From: Candidatus Uhrbacteria bacterium
GTDB taxonomy: Bacteria > Patescibacteriota > Patescibacteriia > UBA9934 > GWF2-40-263
Direction: 5' to 3'
DNA: 64,000 nucleotides
NCBI GenBank assembly: GCA_903843045.1
Contig: CAIMOJ010000046.1
Span: forward strand, 650-64,649
The notes under the pieces were generated by a model that saw only the letters and a list, made by a program, of their open reading frames with translations, ran no database searches and was not told the DNA's origin. The position numbers were made by a program, and so were the translations under genes. This document shows, piece by piece, positions 29,031-39,539 of this stretch (position 1 is its first letter; each line of letters begins with the position of its first letter).

Positions 29031-30764
29031 CTAGGACTTGAAGACCGGCTCGGTACGCTCGGGCTTGCCGTGGATCAGAAAGCGAAAGACGATCTTGTGG
29101 ATCGGGTCGAGGTGAGGAAACGTGGCTTCGACCTTGAGATAAACGAAAGCCCTACCCGTTGAATATTCCCCATCCTGGCGCGAAACGGCGGTATTCTCCG
29201 CCCCGCGGGCAAGGAGAGGCCTCACGATCGCGTCTCCGACGCCGTCGTTGAGCGCGTCGCTGAACGCAGGATCTTTCCCCGAGTGCGCACGTTGGACGAA
29301 CGTCGATCGCTCGGACGTCGAAAGCCTCGTAAGCTTCGTTAGAATTTCTTGTGACAATTCCCTTGCGGCGATCTCGATCTTCCGCGTCGTAACCTCGTGC
29401 GTCTTGTTCGGATCCACGAAACGATAGTTGCCCGACGGGACGACGACGCCGCTCGTCTTCATGGATTCCAAGTCTCGTGCGACGACGGCACGCTTGACCC
29501 GAAGATCGGCAAGGATCGCCTCGACCGCGCCGGGAGCGGAGAGATAGACGGCGTCGATCGCCTGGCGCCTAACGCGCTCGTAGGCAAGAACGGCCTGGTC
29601 TAGGCGCAGACGATACGTCGCGAATTCCGGAGAGGTCGCGTCCTTCTGCGAGATCATGTCGGTCGGAGGCGCAATCTCGTCGATACGGTGTAACGTTTCC
29701 TGATAGTAGCCTGCGATGACTGGCATCCAATCGGGAATTTTGACAAACGGAATGTCGATCAGCTGAATTGCCATTGCCCTGCGGCTCGCCGGGTCGGAAA
29801 AGACCGCGTCCTTGCTCATGCTGGTCGTGATATTCGAAAGGATCCCATGAAGCAGCTCGACTTCCTTCGGAGACAAGTTCTCAAACAGGTTCCTGTACGT
29901 CTCTTCCTTCAGATTCGTATCAATCTCCGCGCCCGTCGATCCGTCTCTCAGATACGCGATCACCTCGTCCTTTATGAAGCGAGCGGCAGTCTCAATGTCC
30001 GTCTTTGCCTCGTGCCTTCTTGGATTCTCGCTTTCCGCGAAGACCTTCATCAGACGATGGTTAAGGAAATGCTGGCGCTCGTGCGTCACGATCACGTCAA
30101 ACCCGTATGCGTCCGGAACCGTCTTGAGAACGATGAAGCTGCTGCTGATATCTCCAAGGTCCCAATGGGACGTCCCATGCTTTCGATCCAGGGTAATCGA
30201 CGTGTGCATGGATCCGCCATGGCGGTTTAAAATTTCGACCTGCTTGGTAAAGTCATCCGCCTTGCGATCCTCCAGGGCCGGGTCATAAAAGACATTGTAG
30301 TCCGCAGGGTTCGGGCAGGTCATGATGAAGTATCCCTCGCGGCGAACCAGAGACACCTGGCCAACGGGATGCTTCCCCGTCCGGGCGGTGAACAGCATCG
30401 CGGCGACGGTTTCCGGCGAGTTATCGCCGAATTTTTCTGATGCCTTTTTTTTCAAAAAATTCTCCTCATGGATCGCTGCCTTTAAAAGCGTCCCGTACTC
30501 GTTGACCGCCTCGCGGGCAGCATGTCGAATGGAAAATTTGGTGGCGGAAGAATCCGGCGGAAGCCGCGCGATGAGCCGGTTGACCATCGCCGAATCAACG
30601 CCCGAGTCGGACGCCGAAAGAACGCGGTCCAATTCCAAAAGCGTCGCGACCGTCGACTGGCGACGGTCCATTGCGGCATGCTCCAGGGACTCGCGTCGCT
30701 CGCTCTGCGAAACCGTGTCCGGAACAAGGCGTCCTCCTTCGGGCGGAAATGATCTCTCTGCCAT
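29031..30764 (-). CDS. Hypothetical protein with HExxH motif (possible zincin)
   Basis: Long ORF between co-oriented genes; THERQH and downstream KDEVIAY; start uncertain. Confidence 0.6.
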   Translation of the reverse strand: MAERSFPPEGGRLVPDTVSQSERRESLEHAAMDRRQSTVATLLELDRVLSASDSGVDSAMVNRLIARLPPDSSATKFSIRHAAREAVNEYGTLLKAAIHEENFLKKKASEKFGDNSPETVAAMLFTARTGKHPVGQVSLVRREGYFIMTCPNPADYNVFYDPALEDRKADDFTKQVEILNRHGGSMHTSITLDRKHGTSHWDLGDISSSFIVLKTVPDAYGFDVIVTHERQHFLNHRLMKVFAESENPRRHEAKTDIETAARFIKDEVIAYLRDGSTGAEIDTNLKEETYRNLFENLSPKEVELLHGILSNITTSMSKDAVFSDPASRRAMAIQLIDIPFVKIPDWMPVIAGYYQETLHRIDEIAPPTDMISQKDATSPEFATYRLRLDQAVLAYERVRRQAIDAVYLSAPGAVEAILADLRVKRAVVARDLESMKTSGVVVPSGNYRFVDPNKTHEVTTRKIEIAARELSQEILTKLTRLSTSERSTFVQRAHSGKDPAFSDALNDGVGDAIVRPLLARGAENTAVSRQDGEYSTGRAFVYLKVEATFPHLDPIHKIVFRFLIHGKPERTEPVFKS

Positions 30765-30804
30765 AGTTGCATCCATTTTACCCTCTTTCTTCCCTTCCCA
30801 CAAA

Positions 30805-30838
30805 CCAAAAACCGGTCCGACACATCGTCGGACCGGTT
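30805..30838 (-). terminator. Terminator of the ribosomal protein operon
   Basis: aaccggtccgac/gtcggaccggtt 12-bp stem, T tract on the minus strand. Confidence 0.8.
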
Positions 30839-30849
30839 CGATATTCTTT

Positions 30850-31254
30850 CTAACGCTTCGCCCACTGCGGAGAGCGGCGCGCTCCGGTGTGGCCGTACTT
30901 CTTGCGCTCGCGCACGCGCGCGTCGCGGGAGAGGTAGCCGAGCTTTTTGAGCGTCGGGCGGAAGTCGATGCTGATGGTGATCAGCGCGCGGGCGATGCCG
31001 AGGCGGACCGCGTCGGCCTGGCCATGCACGCCGCCACCGGCGACGACGACGGAGACGTCGAACTTATTCTCCGTTCCGGTCGCGACGAACGGGGCGTTGA
31101 CCGCCTGCTGCAGCGTGAAGAGCGGGAAGTATTCCGCCATCTCGCGGCCGTTGACCGTGATCTTGCCCGAACCTTCCGGCGAGAGACGAACCTGGGCGGT
31201 GGCCTCCTTGCGGCGGCCGAGTCCCGGGATGTATTTTGCAGTCGTTTCGCTCAT
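30850..31254 (-). CDS. rpsI: 30S ribosomal protein S9
   Basis: [18 protein letters not shown] and [16 protein letters not shown] motifs. Confidence 0.97.
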   Translation of the reverse strand: MSETTAKYIPGLGRRKEATAQVRLSPEGSGKITVNGREMAEYFPLFTLQQAVNAPFVATGTENKFDVSVVVAGGGVHGQADAVRLGIARALITISIDFRPTLKKLGYLSRDARVRERKKYGHTGARRSPQWAKR

Positions 31255-31255
31255 A

Positions 31256-31615
31256 TTAGTTCGAGATAGTCAGACGGCGCATGCGGGGCGTGCGGTGCGT
31301 GTTCTTCGGGAGCATTCGGTCCACGGCGCGTCGGAGAACGTCGGCCGGATCCTTGGCCCAGACGGTCTTCATGAGCGTGGCCGAGAGTCCGCGCGGCCCG
31401 CCCGTGTGCGAGTAGTACGTCTTCTGTTCCATCTTGTTTCCGGAAACCTTCATCTTGGAGGCGTTCTTCACCTCGACCGCGTCGCCGTCGTCGACGTTCG
31501 GCGTCCAGCTGGCCTTGGTCTTTCCAATGAGGGTCATGGCGATCTGGGTCGCGAGGCGTCCCGGGGCCATTCCTGCGGCGTCAAACGTTTGAATTGTGCG
31601 TGTGCTCTTCGTCAT
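31256..31615 (-). CDS. rplM: 50S ribosomal protein L13 (short form)
   Basis: [22 protein letters not shown] and RMLPKN motifs. Confidence 0.94.
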   Translation of the reverse strand: MTKSTRTIQTFDAAGMAPGRLATQIAMTLIGKTKASWTPNVDDGDAVEVKNASKMKVSGNKMEQKTYYSHTGGPRGLSATLMKTVWAKDPADVLRRAVDRMLPKNTHRTPRMRRLTISN

Positions 31616-31619
31616 AGGA

Positions 31620-31970
31620 TTAGACAAGCTCAATCTGAACCACGTCCGCGGCGTCGCTCACGCGGTGTCCGAGCTTGACGATACGGGTGTAGCCGCCCAT
31701 GCGCGTTGCATAGCGGGGACTAAGCACCTCCAAGATCTTCTTCACCGGATGTTCGGTGTAGAAGAACTTCATGAGGTTGCGGCGCGTGGCGAGCGACGGG
31801 ACCTTTCCCGACGTAATCGCGCGCTCCACGAGCGGACGGACCGCCTTGGCCTTGGCCTCCGTGGTCTGTATCTTTTCGTACAGGATCACGCTTGCCGCAA
31901 GGTTGCGAAGCAAGGCTTCGCGCGGAGCTTTTTCACGACCGAGTTTTACGCTCTTTTTCCGATGACGCAT
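31620..31970 (-). CDS. rplQ: 50S ribosomal protein L17
   Basis: MRHRK..KLGR, TTEAKAK and GGYTRI motifs. Confidence 0.97.
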   Translation of the reverse strand: MRHRKKSVKLGREKAPREALLRNLAASVILYEKIQTTEAKAKAVRPLVERAITSGKVPSLATRRNLMKFFYTEHPVKKILEVLSPRYATRMGGYTRIVKLGHRVSDAADVVQIELV

Positions 31971-31978
31971 ACAAGTGT

Positions 31979-32692
31979 TTAAGCCGCGCTTTCCTCCGAA
32001 GCGATCGGATTTTGCAACAGAATGGAGAAATAATCGATGAGAATCTTGGCGGACTCCTTCACGGCGTCCTCGGGGGTGATCGTACCGTCGGTCTCGATGT
32101 TCATGACGAGCTTGTCGTAGTTGGTGATCTCGCCGACGCGCGTGTTCTCCACGCGGTAGCCGACGTTTCGCACCGGCGAGTAGAGCGCGTCGATGGCGAT
32201 CGTTCCGATGTCGTTGATCTCTCCCGTTCGTTCCTCCGTCGGGATGTATCCGCGACCACGGCCGACCGTGAGCTCAAGCTCGAACGTTCCTCCATCGTCG
32301 GTGATCGTGGCGATCTTCATGTCCGGGTTGACGATCTCGACGTCGGCGTTCGCGTCGATATCGCCGGCCGTCACGACGCGGGAGCCCTTGACCTTCAGGC
32401 TGAGCTTGACCGGCTCCTCGCTGAAGCACTTCAGGCGGAGGCCCTTGAGGTTCAGGATGATCTCCAGCATGTCTTCCTTGACATTCGGGATCGCCTGGAA
32501 CTCATGGGTGCCGCCCTTGATCTTCACCGCCGTCACGGCCGATCCCGGCAGCGACGACAGCATCACGCGGCGGAGCGCGTTTCCGAGGGTTGTTCCGTAA
32601 CCGTGAAAGCACGGCTCAACGACCAAGACGCCCTCGTTGGAACGAGCGCCTGGTTCAAATTTGATCGTTGATGGGAGAAGGATGTTCTCCAT
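31979..32692 (-). CDS. rpoA: RNA polymerase alpha subunit lacking the C-terminal domain
   Basis: GYGTTLGNALRRVMLSS, HEF, GRGY and DALYSPV motifs; only 237 aa. Confidence 0.95.
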   Translation of the reverse strand: MENILLPSTIKFEPGARSNEGVLVVEPCFHGYGTTLGNALRRVMLSSLPGSAVTAVKIKGGTHEFQAIPNVKEDMLEIILNLKGLRLKCFSEEPVKLSLKVKGSRVVTAGDIDANADVEIVNPDMKIATITDDGGTFELELTVGRGRGYIPTEERTGEINDIGTIAIDALYSPVRNVGYRVENTRVGEITNYDKLVMNIETDGTITPEDAVKESAKILIDYFSILLQNPIASEESAA

Positions 32693-32706
32693 AGGCTCGC
32701 AAAAAA

Positions 32707-33327
32707 TTAGCGAGAATAAAATTCAACGATGAGGGTCGGGTCGAAAATGGTCTTCAGGTCCTCTCCGGCCGGGAGCGATGTGACCTTTCCAATCAGTGTC
32801 GCGGAATCAACCGTCAGCCAGCGAGGGGCTTCTTTCTTCTGGACGCGCTCGTTCATTCCCACAAGCAAGCCCTTTGCCTTCTTGTTCTCCTTGAAGGTGA
32901 TGACCTCTCCGACGTTCACGGAGTAGGACGGGATGTCCACGAGCTTGCCATTGATCATGATGAATCCGTGTCCGACCATCTGGCGGGCCTGGCGACGGGT
33001 CTTCCCGAAGCCGAGGCGGTAGATGACGTTGTCGAGACGGCGCTCCAGGGTCTGGATCAGGTTGTCAGCCGTGTTTCCCTCCTTGGCCGTGGCGGCCTCG
33101 AAGTACTTGCGGAACTGGCGCTCCATGATGTTGTACAGACGCTTGGCCTTCTGCTTCTCGCGAAGCTGAATGCCATACGAGGAGAGGCGCGGCTTTTTCA
33201 TCGCCTGTGCCGGACCGTGGACGCCCGGGGGGAAATTGCGGCGCGTGAGCGCGCACTTTTCCTTGCCACAAAGCGAAACGCCCTCGCGTCGGCACATCTT
33301 GCAGGTTGTCATCAATGTCTTTCCCAT
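32707..33327 (-). CDS. rpsD: 30S ribosomal protein S4
   Basis: CKMCRREG, QLREKQK, LERRLDN and VEFYSR motifs. Confidence 0.97.
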   Translation of the reverse strand: MGKTLMTTCKMCRREGVSLCGKEKCALTRRNFPPGVHGPAQAMKKPRLSSYGIQLREKQKAKRLYNIMERQFRKYFEAATAKEGNTADNLIQTLERRLDNVIYRLGFGKTRRQARQMVGHGFIMINGKLVDIPSYSVNVGEVITFKENKKAKGLLVGMNERVQKKEAPRWLTVDSATLIGKVTSLPAGEDLKTIFDPTLIVEFYSR

Positions 33328-33335
33328 AGCAGAGA

Positions 33336-33737
33336 TTAGACGCGACGCGCTTTGCGCGCTCGGCATCCGTTGTGTGGAAGCGGGGTAAGGTCCTTAATGC
33401 TGGTAATGCTGAATCCGTTGGCGTTCAGCGCGCGGACGGCCGAGTCGCGGCCGGAGCCGACGCCCGTGACGAACACCGCGACGTCGCGAAGCCCGCTCTC
33501 CTTCACCTTGTCCGCGATGGTCTTGATGATCATGCTCGCGGCGTACGGAGTGGCCTTCTTCGGACCGCGGAACCCACAGGCTCCGGCGCTCGACCAGGCG
33601 AGCGTGTTGCCGTTCAGGTCGGTCACGGTGACGATGGTGTTGTTGTAGGTCGCCTGGATGAACGCGCATCCCGTGGAAACCTGACGCATCACCTTGGCCT
33701 TTGCTTTTTTGTTGGTGGAAACTTTTACGGTTGCCAT
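33336..33737 (-). CDS. rpsK: 30S ribosomal protein S11
   Basis: ATYNNTIV, KATPYAA and PHNGCR motifs. Confidence 0.97.
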   Translation of the reverse strand: MATVKVSTNKKAKAKVMRQVSTGCAFIQATYNNTIVTVTDLNGNTLAWSSAGACGFRGPKKATPYAASMIIKTIADKVKESGLRDVAVFVTGVGSGRDSAVRALNANGFSITSIKDLTPLPHNGCRARKARRV

Positions 33738-33743
33738 AGGGGA

Positions 33744-34130
33744 TTATGTCTTGGTGAGTGCGCGACGTCCGGATCCCATCGTCTTGCGCACGTTTCCGCG
33801 CACGGTGCGGGAGTTGGTCTTGGTGCGCTGGCCGCGAACCGGCAGCTTGCGCATGTGGCGCGTGCCGCGGTAGCTGCCCGTGTCCTTCAGGCGCTTGATG
33901 TTGGACATGATGTCGCGGCGAAGGTCGCCCTCGAGGCGATGGCTCTTTTCGAGCGCCTCGCGGATGAGGGTCACCTGCTCCTCGGTCATGTCCTTCACGC
34001 GAAGGGACTCGTCGAGCCCGACCTGCTTCAGGATGGCAGCCGAGGTGGTATCGCCGACGCCGAACACGTAGGTGAGGGCGATGACGATGCGTTTGTTGTT
34101 GGGGAGTGTAACTCCAGCAATGCGAGCCAT
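33744..34130 (-). CDS. rpsM: 30S ribosomal protein S13
   Basis: MARIAGV and [14 protein letters not shown] motifs. Confidence 0.97.
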   Translation of the reverse strand: MARIAGVTLPNNKRIVIALTYVFGVGDTTSAAILKQVGLDESLRVKDMTEEQVTLIREALEKSHRLEGDLRRDIMSNIKRLKDTGSYRGTRHMRKLPVRGQRTKTNSRTVRGNVRKTMGSGRRALTKT

Positions 34131-34133
34131 ATA

Positions 34134-34247
34134 TTATCCCTGGCGCTGCTTATGGCGCGGGTTCTTACAAATAACACGGACCCGACCTTCACGGCGGATC
34201 ACCTTACAATCGCGGCAGATGGCTTTTGCGGAGGCGCGAACTTTCAT
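34134..34247 (-). CDS. rpmJ: 50S ribosomal protein L36
   Basis: Manual translation [37 protein letters not shown]; too short for the ORF track. Confidence 0.97.
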   Translation of the reverse strand: MKVRASAKAICRDCKVIRREGRVRVICKNPRHKQRQG

Positions 34248-34250
34248 AGA

Positions 34251-34475
34251 CTAGAAGCGATAAACTATTCTTCCTTTCGTAAGGTCGTAAGGACTCATTT
34301 CAATCTTCACGTCGTCTCCCGGCAGAATGCGAATGCGGTTCATACGCATCTTTCCGGACAGATGTCCCGTGATGTACTGTCCATTCTCCAGCTTGATTTT
34401 AAATTGGGCTCCAGGAAAAAGTTCTTCAACCTTTCCCCGCATCTCAATAAAATCTTTTGCCCCTTGTTCGCTCAT
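34251..34475 (-). CDS. infA: Translation initiation factor IF-1
   Basis: [17 protein letters not shown] and [13 protein letters not shown] motifs. Confidence 0.97.
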   Translation of the reverse strand: MSEQGAKDFIEMRGKVEELFPGAQFKIKLENGQYITGHLSGKMRMNRIRILPGDDVKIEMSPYDLTKGRIVYRF

Positions 34476-34541
34476 AATCGTCAAGATTCTATCAGTTGAG
34501 CGAAAAAATGCAAGAGGGTGTGGATAGCTGAACGCGCCGGT

Positions 34542-34570
34542 ATTGTACGTTTTTGTGGCATAGGTGTCAA
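34542..34570 (-). promoter_or_regulatory. Sigma70 promoter of the infA-rpmJ-alpha operon
   Basis: Minus strand TTGACA-17-TACAAT. Confidence 0.8.
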
Positions 34571-36513
34571 GGGTTTGACAATTGGTCGTCCAAGGTTGCC
34601 TTAATTCGTCGGATTCCCGCGGCCACTGCTTCCTCCTTCGCGATACGGAAAGTGCCGAGTTCCTTGGTGTTTTCCACATGGGGTCCGCCGCAGACCTCCC
34701 GCGAATAGTAGTCCCCCGTCGCCTCGTTTCCGATAAAGTACACCTTGATCTTTCCGCCGAGCGACGCGTACTTATCCTCAAACACGCCTATTGCCCCGCG
34801 CCTCTTTGCCTCGTCGAGTTCCAGGATCTCGAAGTGAACCGGAAGGGCGCGTCGGACGTTCTCGTTCACGATGTCCTCGACCCGTTGAATCTGCTCGGGC
34901 GTCAGTTTATCGGGATGGGAGAAGTCAAACCGGGCCCGCTCGGCCGTGATGTTCGAACCTCGCTGAAACACATGGTCGCCAAGGACGGTCCGAAGCGCCT
35001 GGTGCAGCATGTGCGTCGCCGTGTGCAGCCGAACGACCGCGGCCGAGTGGTCGGCCAGCCCGCCCGTGAACTTCTGCTCGGACCCGGCGCGCGACAGGTC
35101 CTGATGCTTCTTGAACTCCCCCTGAAACGCGTCGCGGTCCACGACCTGTCCCTTTTCCCGCGCCAGCTCCTCGGTGAGCTCCCACGGGAACCCGTACGAC
35201 TGGTACAGGTTGAACGCGTCGATTCCCGACACGACGGACGATTTCGCGAAGATTTTCTCGAACTCCTTCAGCCCCTTCTCAAGCGACGCCTTGAACTTCG
35301 CCTCCTCCTTCACGATCTCGCCGACGACGAATTCCATCTTCGCCCCAAGCTCCGGGTACGCGTCGCGATACGTCTCGACGTACGCGGAAACGACCGATCC
35401 GCAAAACGCGTCGTTCGCCCCGAGCTTGTGCGCGAACCGAATGGCGCGGCGGACAAGACGCCGCACGAAGTATCCCTGGTCCTTGTTGGACGGAACCACG
35501 CCGTCCGCGATCAGGAACGTCGCGGCGCGCAGATGGTCAAGCGCGACGCGAAAGGCATAGGTCTCGGCCGCGTTTGCCCCGTACGTCTTCCCCGTCACCT
35601 TCTCGATGAGGGCGCGCGCGCCGTCGAACAAGCTGATCTTGAAAATGTCCGGATCGTCGTTCACCGCCATCGCCAGCCGTTCCAATCCCCCGCCAAAGTC
35701 GACGTTTCGCTTCGACAACCTGTGAAATCCGTCATTTCGTTTAATAACTAGGTTCCCCGTGTTCTCCTTCAACGTAGAATCCGTCTTGATATACTGCATG
35801 AACACGTTGTTCCCAATCTCGACGAACCGCCCGCAGTCGCAATTCACGTGGCACGGCAACGACACGAACGCCGACGCCTCGTGCAATCCGCGCTCAACCC
35901 CAAAGTCCCAAAACATCTCCGTGTCCGGCCCGCCCGGCTCGCCCACCGGCATCTTGTCCGGCGTTCCCGAGCGCGACCACCAGTTTTTCTTCTCCGGGTA
36001 ATAGAAGATGCGCCCGCCGTTCATCCCATAGGAGTCCGAGTGGTCGATCGCCTTCGCGTCGACGCCAACGGACGAAAACGCCTCCTGCCAATATCCGACC
36101 GTCTCGTCGTCCTTCGGGATCCCGATCGCGTCGTTTCCGCGGAAGACGGTCACGTACAGCCGAGACGGATCGATCTTCAGCTCTTTCGTCAGGAATTCGA
36201 ACATCCACCCGACCTGCTCCTTTTTGAAATAGTCCCCGAGCGACCAGTTCCCGAGCATCTCAAAGAACGTCGTGTGGCGGTTATCGCCCACCTCCTCGAT
36301 GTCGCCGGATCGGAAACACTTCTGCGAATCGGCGATGCGCGTTCCTTCCGGATGCGTCTCCCCCAGCAGATACGGGACCATCGGCTGCATGCCGGATCCG
36401 GTAAACAGGGTGGTCGGGTCGTTCTCCGGAAGCAACGACGCGGACGAGACCACCTTGTGGCCGCGCGCGGCGAAATAGTCGAGATAGGCCTTGCGAATGT
36501 CGGATGCGTTCAT
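34567..36513 (-). CDS. alaS: Alanine--tRNA ligase lacking the C-Ala domain
   Basis: [29 protein letters not shown] and CGGPHV motifs; 648 aa. Confidence 0.96.
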   Translation of the reverse strand: MNASDIRKAYLDYFAARGHKVVSSASLLPENDPTTLFTGSGMQPMVPYLLGETHPEGTRIADSQKCFRSGDIEEVGDNRHTTFFEMLGNWSLGDYFKKEQVGWMFEFLTKELKIDPSRLYVTVFRGNDAIGIPKDDETVGYWQEAFSSVGVDAKAIDHSDSYGMNGGRIFYYPEKKNWWSRSGTPDKMPVGEPGGPDTEMFWDFGVERGLHEASAFVSLPCHVNCDCGRFVEIGNNVFMQYIKTDSTLKENTGNLVIKRNDGFHRLSKRNVDFGGGLERLAMAVNDDPDIFKISLFDGARALIEKVTGKTYGANAAETYAFRVALDHLRAATFLIADGVVPSNKDQGYFVRRLVRRAIRFAHKLGANDAFCGSVVSAYVETYRDAYPELGAKMEFVVGEIVKEEAKFKASLEKGLKEFEKIFAKSSVVSGIDAFNLYQSYGFPWELTEELAREKGQVVDRDAFQGEFKKHQDLSRAGSEQKFTGGLADHSAAVVRLHTATHMLHQALRTVLGDHVFQRGSNITAERARFDFSHPDKLTPEQIQRVEDIVNENVRRALPVHFEILELDEAKRRGAIGVFEDKYASLGGKIKVYFIGNEATGDYYSREVCGGPHVENTKELGTFRIAKEEAVAAGIRRIKATLDDQLSNP

Positions 36514-36560
36514 AGTGCGCGTATTCTGCCCGTTTCTAAGTGAATCGACAAGGTCGGCCG

Positions 36561-38174
36561 TCAGGCTCCTTCCGTCGCGATCGTTTCTTCCGGCTGGGCC
36601 TTCTTCAGAACGCGGCGTTTCAGACCGGCAAGCACGTCGACCAATTCCCTGCTCCTGAGCGCGCGGGAAATAGCGACGTACACGACCAGACCGGCGCCCC
36701 CCGCGACAAGTCCCTGGGTCAAAACCCCAATGAATGTCTCAAGCGGAATCACGCGAACGATGAGCGGCTTCAGGGTCTGGATCGTCACGGCGCATCCGAT
36801 GCCGGCGGTTGCGGTAACGTAAAGCGACCGCAGGATGACGCTCTCATGAAGCGTCCCCATGCGCTGGCGGAGCGAGACCCAGAGCAGCACCACGTCCGCG
36901 AACGCGCCAATCGTGAATCCCATCGCCATGCCGGTGACGCCGAACTCCCGAGCGAAGTACAATCCGCTGACGAACGAGAGGACGGTGGAGACGACCGCCA
37001 TCGTAAGCGGCGTGGCCGTGTCGCGGATCGCGTAGAAGGCGCGTGCCAGGATCAGGGCCACGCACTGCGGGGCGAATCCAAGCGTGAAGAACGCAAGCGT
37101 GTCGGCAACGCGGATCGTGTCTCCCCAGCCGAACAGCCCGGCGCCGGCAACCACGCGGACGATCTGGGCGCGGAGGATGAGGAAGACGAGCATGAGCGGC
37201 ACGGAAAGAAAGAGCACGTGGCGGACGGCATGATCGAAGGAGTCGAGAAAGCGCCTCGTGTCGCGCGCCTCGATTGCCTCCGCCATCGCCGGGAACGACG
37301 CGATCGCATAGGATACGCCAACGATGCCGACGACGAAGAACTGGATGTTATATGCCACCTGGAAGACGGTCACGCTTCCCGCCGCAAGCGTCGTGGCAAG
37401 GACGGTCAGAATGACGAAGTCAATTTGGTTCACGGCGACTCCGAGCATGCGCGGCCCGGTCAGCCTGGCCAGGTCGCGGAGATCCGGATCCTTCCGGGAC
37501 AAAAGCGGCCTATAGCGGTATCCCGCGTCGAGCACTCCGTAAAGCTGCACGAGAAAATGAAGAAAGGCGCCGATGACCACGCCCCAGGCGAGCCCGATGG
37601 GTCCGAGGAGCGGGGTAAGCCAGAGCGCGCCCGCGATGATTCCGACGTTATAGAAGATCGGCGCGAGCGAGAATAACAGGAAGCGCTTTGTTCCCTGAAG
37701 GATACTGCCGTAAACGACGGAGAGCGCGAGGATGAACTGAGCGAGCACCATGACGCGCGTGTTGTCGGCGACGGCTCCCCGCTGGACCGCGTCGAACCCC
37801 GGGGCCATCAGCTCGGACAGCGGGCCGGCAAATACGAACAGAAAAACGCACGCGACCGCCATGATCGCGGCAATCGCGTTCAGCGCGTTGTTTGCAAACT
37901 CCCAGGCGCGCTTCTTCTGAAGCGGGTTGCTCCAATACCGCGTGAAGATCGGGATGAACCCGGCGGAAAGCGATCCGACCACAAGGAGACTGAACACCAG
38001 GTCCGGCAGCTTAAACGCGGCATAATACGCGTCGAGCGTGGCTCCCGCGCCAAAATGACCGAGAAGGATACGATCGCGAATCAGCCCGATGATTCGGCTT
38101 GCGAACGAGAGGGCCCCAACGATCGCGGCCGCGCCGACCACGGACTTGGACTCTGTGTTGAGAAACTTAAGCAC
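36561..38174 (-). CDS. murJ: Lipid II flippase MurJ
   Basis: SRIIGLIRD, DAYYAAFKLPD, SAGFIP and RAFYA..DTATP motifs. Confidence 0.93.
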   Translation of the reverse strand: MLKFLNTESKSVVGAAAIVGALSFASRIIGLIRDRILLGHFGAGATLDAYYAAFKLPDLVFSLLVVGSLSAGFIPIFTRYWSNPLQKKRAWEFANNALNAIAAIMAVACVFLFVFAGPLSELMAPGFDAVQRGAVADNTRVMVLAQFILALSVVYGSILQGTKRFLLFSLAPIFYNVGIIAGALWLTPLLGPIGLAWGVVIGAFLHFLVQLYGVLDAGYRYRPLLSRKDPDLRDLARLTGPRMLGVAVNQIDFVILTVLATTLAAGSVTVFQVAYNIQFFVVGIVGVSYAIASFPAMAEAIEARDTRRFLDSFDHAVRHVLFLSVPLMLVFLILRAQIVRVVAGAGLFGWGDTIRVADTLAFFTLGFAPQCVALILARAFYAIRDTATPLTMAVVSTVLSFVSGLYFAREFGVTGMAMGFTIGAFADVVLLWVSLRQRMGTLHESVILRSLYVTATAGIGCAVTIQTLKPLIVRVIPLETFIGVLTQGLVAGGAGLVVYVAISRALRSRELVDVLAGLKRRVLKKAQPEETIATEGA

Positions 38175-38177
38175 AGA

Positions 38178-39539
38178 TTATTCGTCGAGGTTTCGAACGC
38201 TCACCCGCTTCGCCTTCGGACGGTCGAGTTCCTCGTCGTCCTCCCCGACGGTGTTCTCATGGACGATTCCATGCGTCCCCGACGGCATCGACGAGACGGC
38301 CCTCGCGACAAGCTTCGACAGGCGCGACAGTCGCAGGACCATCCCAAGCCCGATCAGCAACAAGAACGACAGGAAGGCGACGATCACGTCGACGACCGTG
38401 TTCTGAAGCGTCCAAAACGGAACGTGCGCGACGATCGAATCGGTCGACGTGACGCCGGAAGGATCGATGACCGTAAACGCGACCGTAAATTCGCCGCTTG
38501 TGGTATAGGTGTGCTGAACCTCCGACCGGGACGACGTAACGCCGTCGCCAAAATCCCACTGGTACTGGTAACCGTCTGCCTCCGGGACGATCGCCTTGAA
38601 GGAGTAGGCGTTCCAGGCCGTGTGGGTCGTCAGGAAGATCGCCTTCGGGGAGATTTGCGTCCCGGCGGTCGTCGGCTCCGGAATGGACGTCGGGACAAGC
38701 TCGACGACGGGCACGGTTTCCGCCTGCGCTTCCGTTGACGTCGAGGCGGACGCGGGATCCGTCGACGATGGCGTCGCAACGTCTGTCTTTCCGACCGTCG
38801 TCGTGACGGTCGGATTCGTCGTCGCGGCTGGCTTCGGGGCGGTCGTCGTGACGGCCGGAGAAGCTGCCGGTAGCGGCGCGGCCGCAGGCGCGGCGACAAC
38901 GACCGGCTCGACCTTCGAGCGCGTCTTGTCCGTCGGGTACGCGTCCTTCGCGTCCGAGACCCCGTCCTTGTCGGTATCCGCCACGAGCGGATTCGATCCG
39001 TTTTCCTTCTCGACATCGTCCGTCACGCCGTCGTTGTCGTCATCGTCGTCGCACGCGTTTCCGAGCCCGTCGCCGTCCGTGTCCAGCTGGCTGGCATTTT
39101 TCGTGGAAACGCAGTTATCCTTCGAATCCGCGACCCCGTCGCCGTCCTGGTCCGGAACGGGAGTCGTCAGCTTGGTCATCGTCTCGTCGTTGGACGCGTT
39201 CGAGTCCGTCGGATCCGTTCCGCCGATGACCGCGCGAATGTTGAATACGGTGCTTGGGACGACGAAATCGACGTAGATTTCCTCCGGCGAACCATCGGCC
39301 CGAACGGAAATGATCTGAGACTGCCCGATCGCCGAGGATCCCTGGTAGAAAGTTACGTATCCGTCCACGTCTACGTCTCCGACGTTTTTGACCTGGGCGT
39401 AGACGCGCACGGTACTCCCGGCAATCAGGTCGCCGGAAAAGCTGATCGACGACTGGTCGATCGAAAGGTCCGCGGACGACGACGCGAATGCCATCGACGC
39501 GGAGAAAAGTAATTGAAAAATGAAAAGAAGAAACATCAT
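38178..39539 (-). CDS. Membrane-anchored surface protein: Ig/CARDB-like domain, thrombospondin type-3 Ca-binding repeats, P/T/A linker, PKD domain, C-terminal TM
   Basis: [39 protein letters not shown] and HTY motifs. Confidence 0.85.
   Translation of the reverse strand: MMFLLFIFQLLFSASMAFASSSADLSIDQSSISFSGDLIAGSTVRVYAQVKNVGDVDVDGYVTFYQGSSAIGQSQIISVRADGSPEEIYVDFVVPSTVFNIRAVIGGTDPTDSNASNDETMTKLTTPVPDQDGDGVADSKDNCVSTKNASQLDTDGDGLGNACDDDDDNDGVTDDVEKENGSNPLVADTDKDGVSDAKDAYPTDKTRSKVEPVVVAAPAAAPLPAASPAVTTTAPKPAATTNPTVTTTVGKTDVATPSSTDPASASTSTEAQAETVPVVELVPTSIPEPTTAGTQISPKAIFLTTHTAWNAYSFKAIVPEADGYQYQWDFGDGVTSSRSEVQHTYTTSGEFTVAFTVIDPSGVTSTDSIVAHVPFWTLQNTVVDVIVAFLSFLLLIGLGMVLRLSRLSKLVARAVSSMPSGTHGIVHENTVGEDDEELDRPKAKRVSVRNLDE

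Noticed and set aside
34567-34700. Missing C-Ala domain of AlaRS as pseudogenisation
   Set aside because: Catalytic and editing domains are intact and the gene ends cleanly before the infA promoter; short AlaRS is expected in reduced genomes.
38940-39150. Asp-rich repeats as a novel repeat system
   Set aside because: They are ordinary thrombospondin type-3-like calcium-binding repeats.
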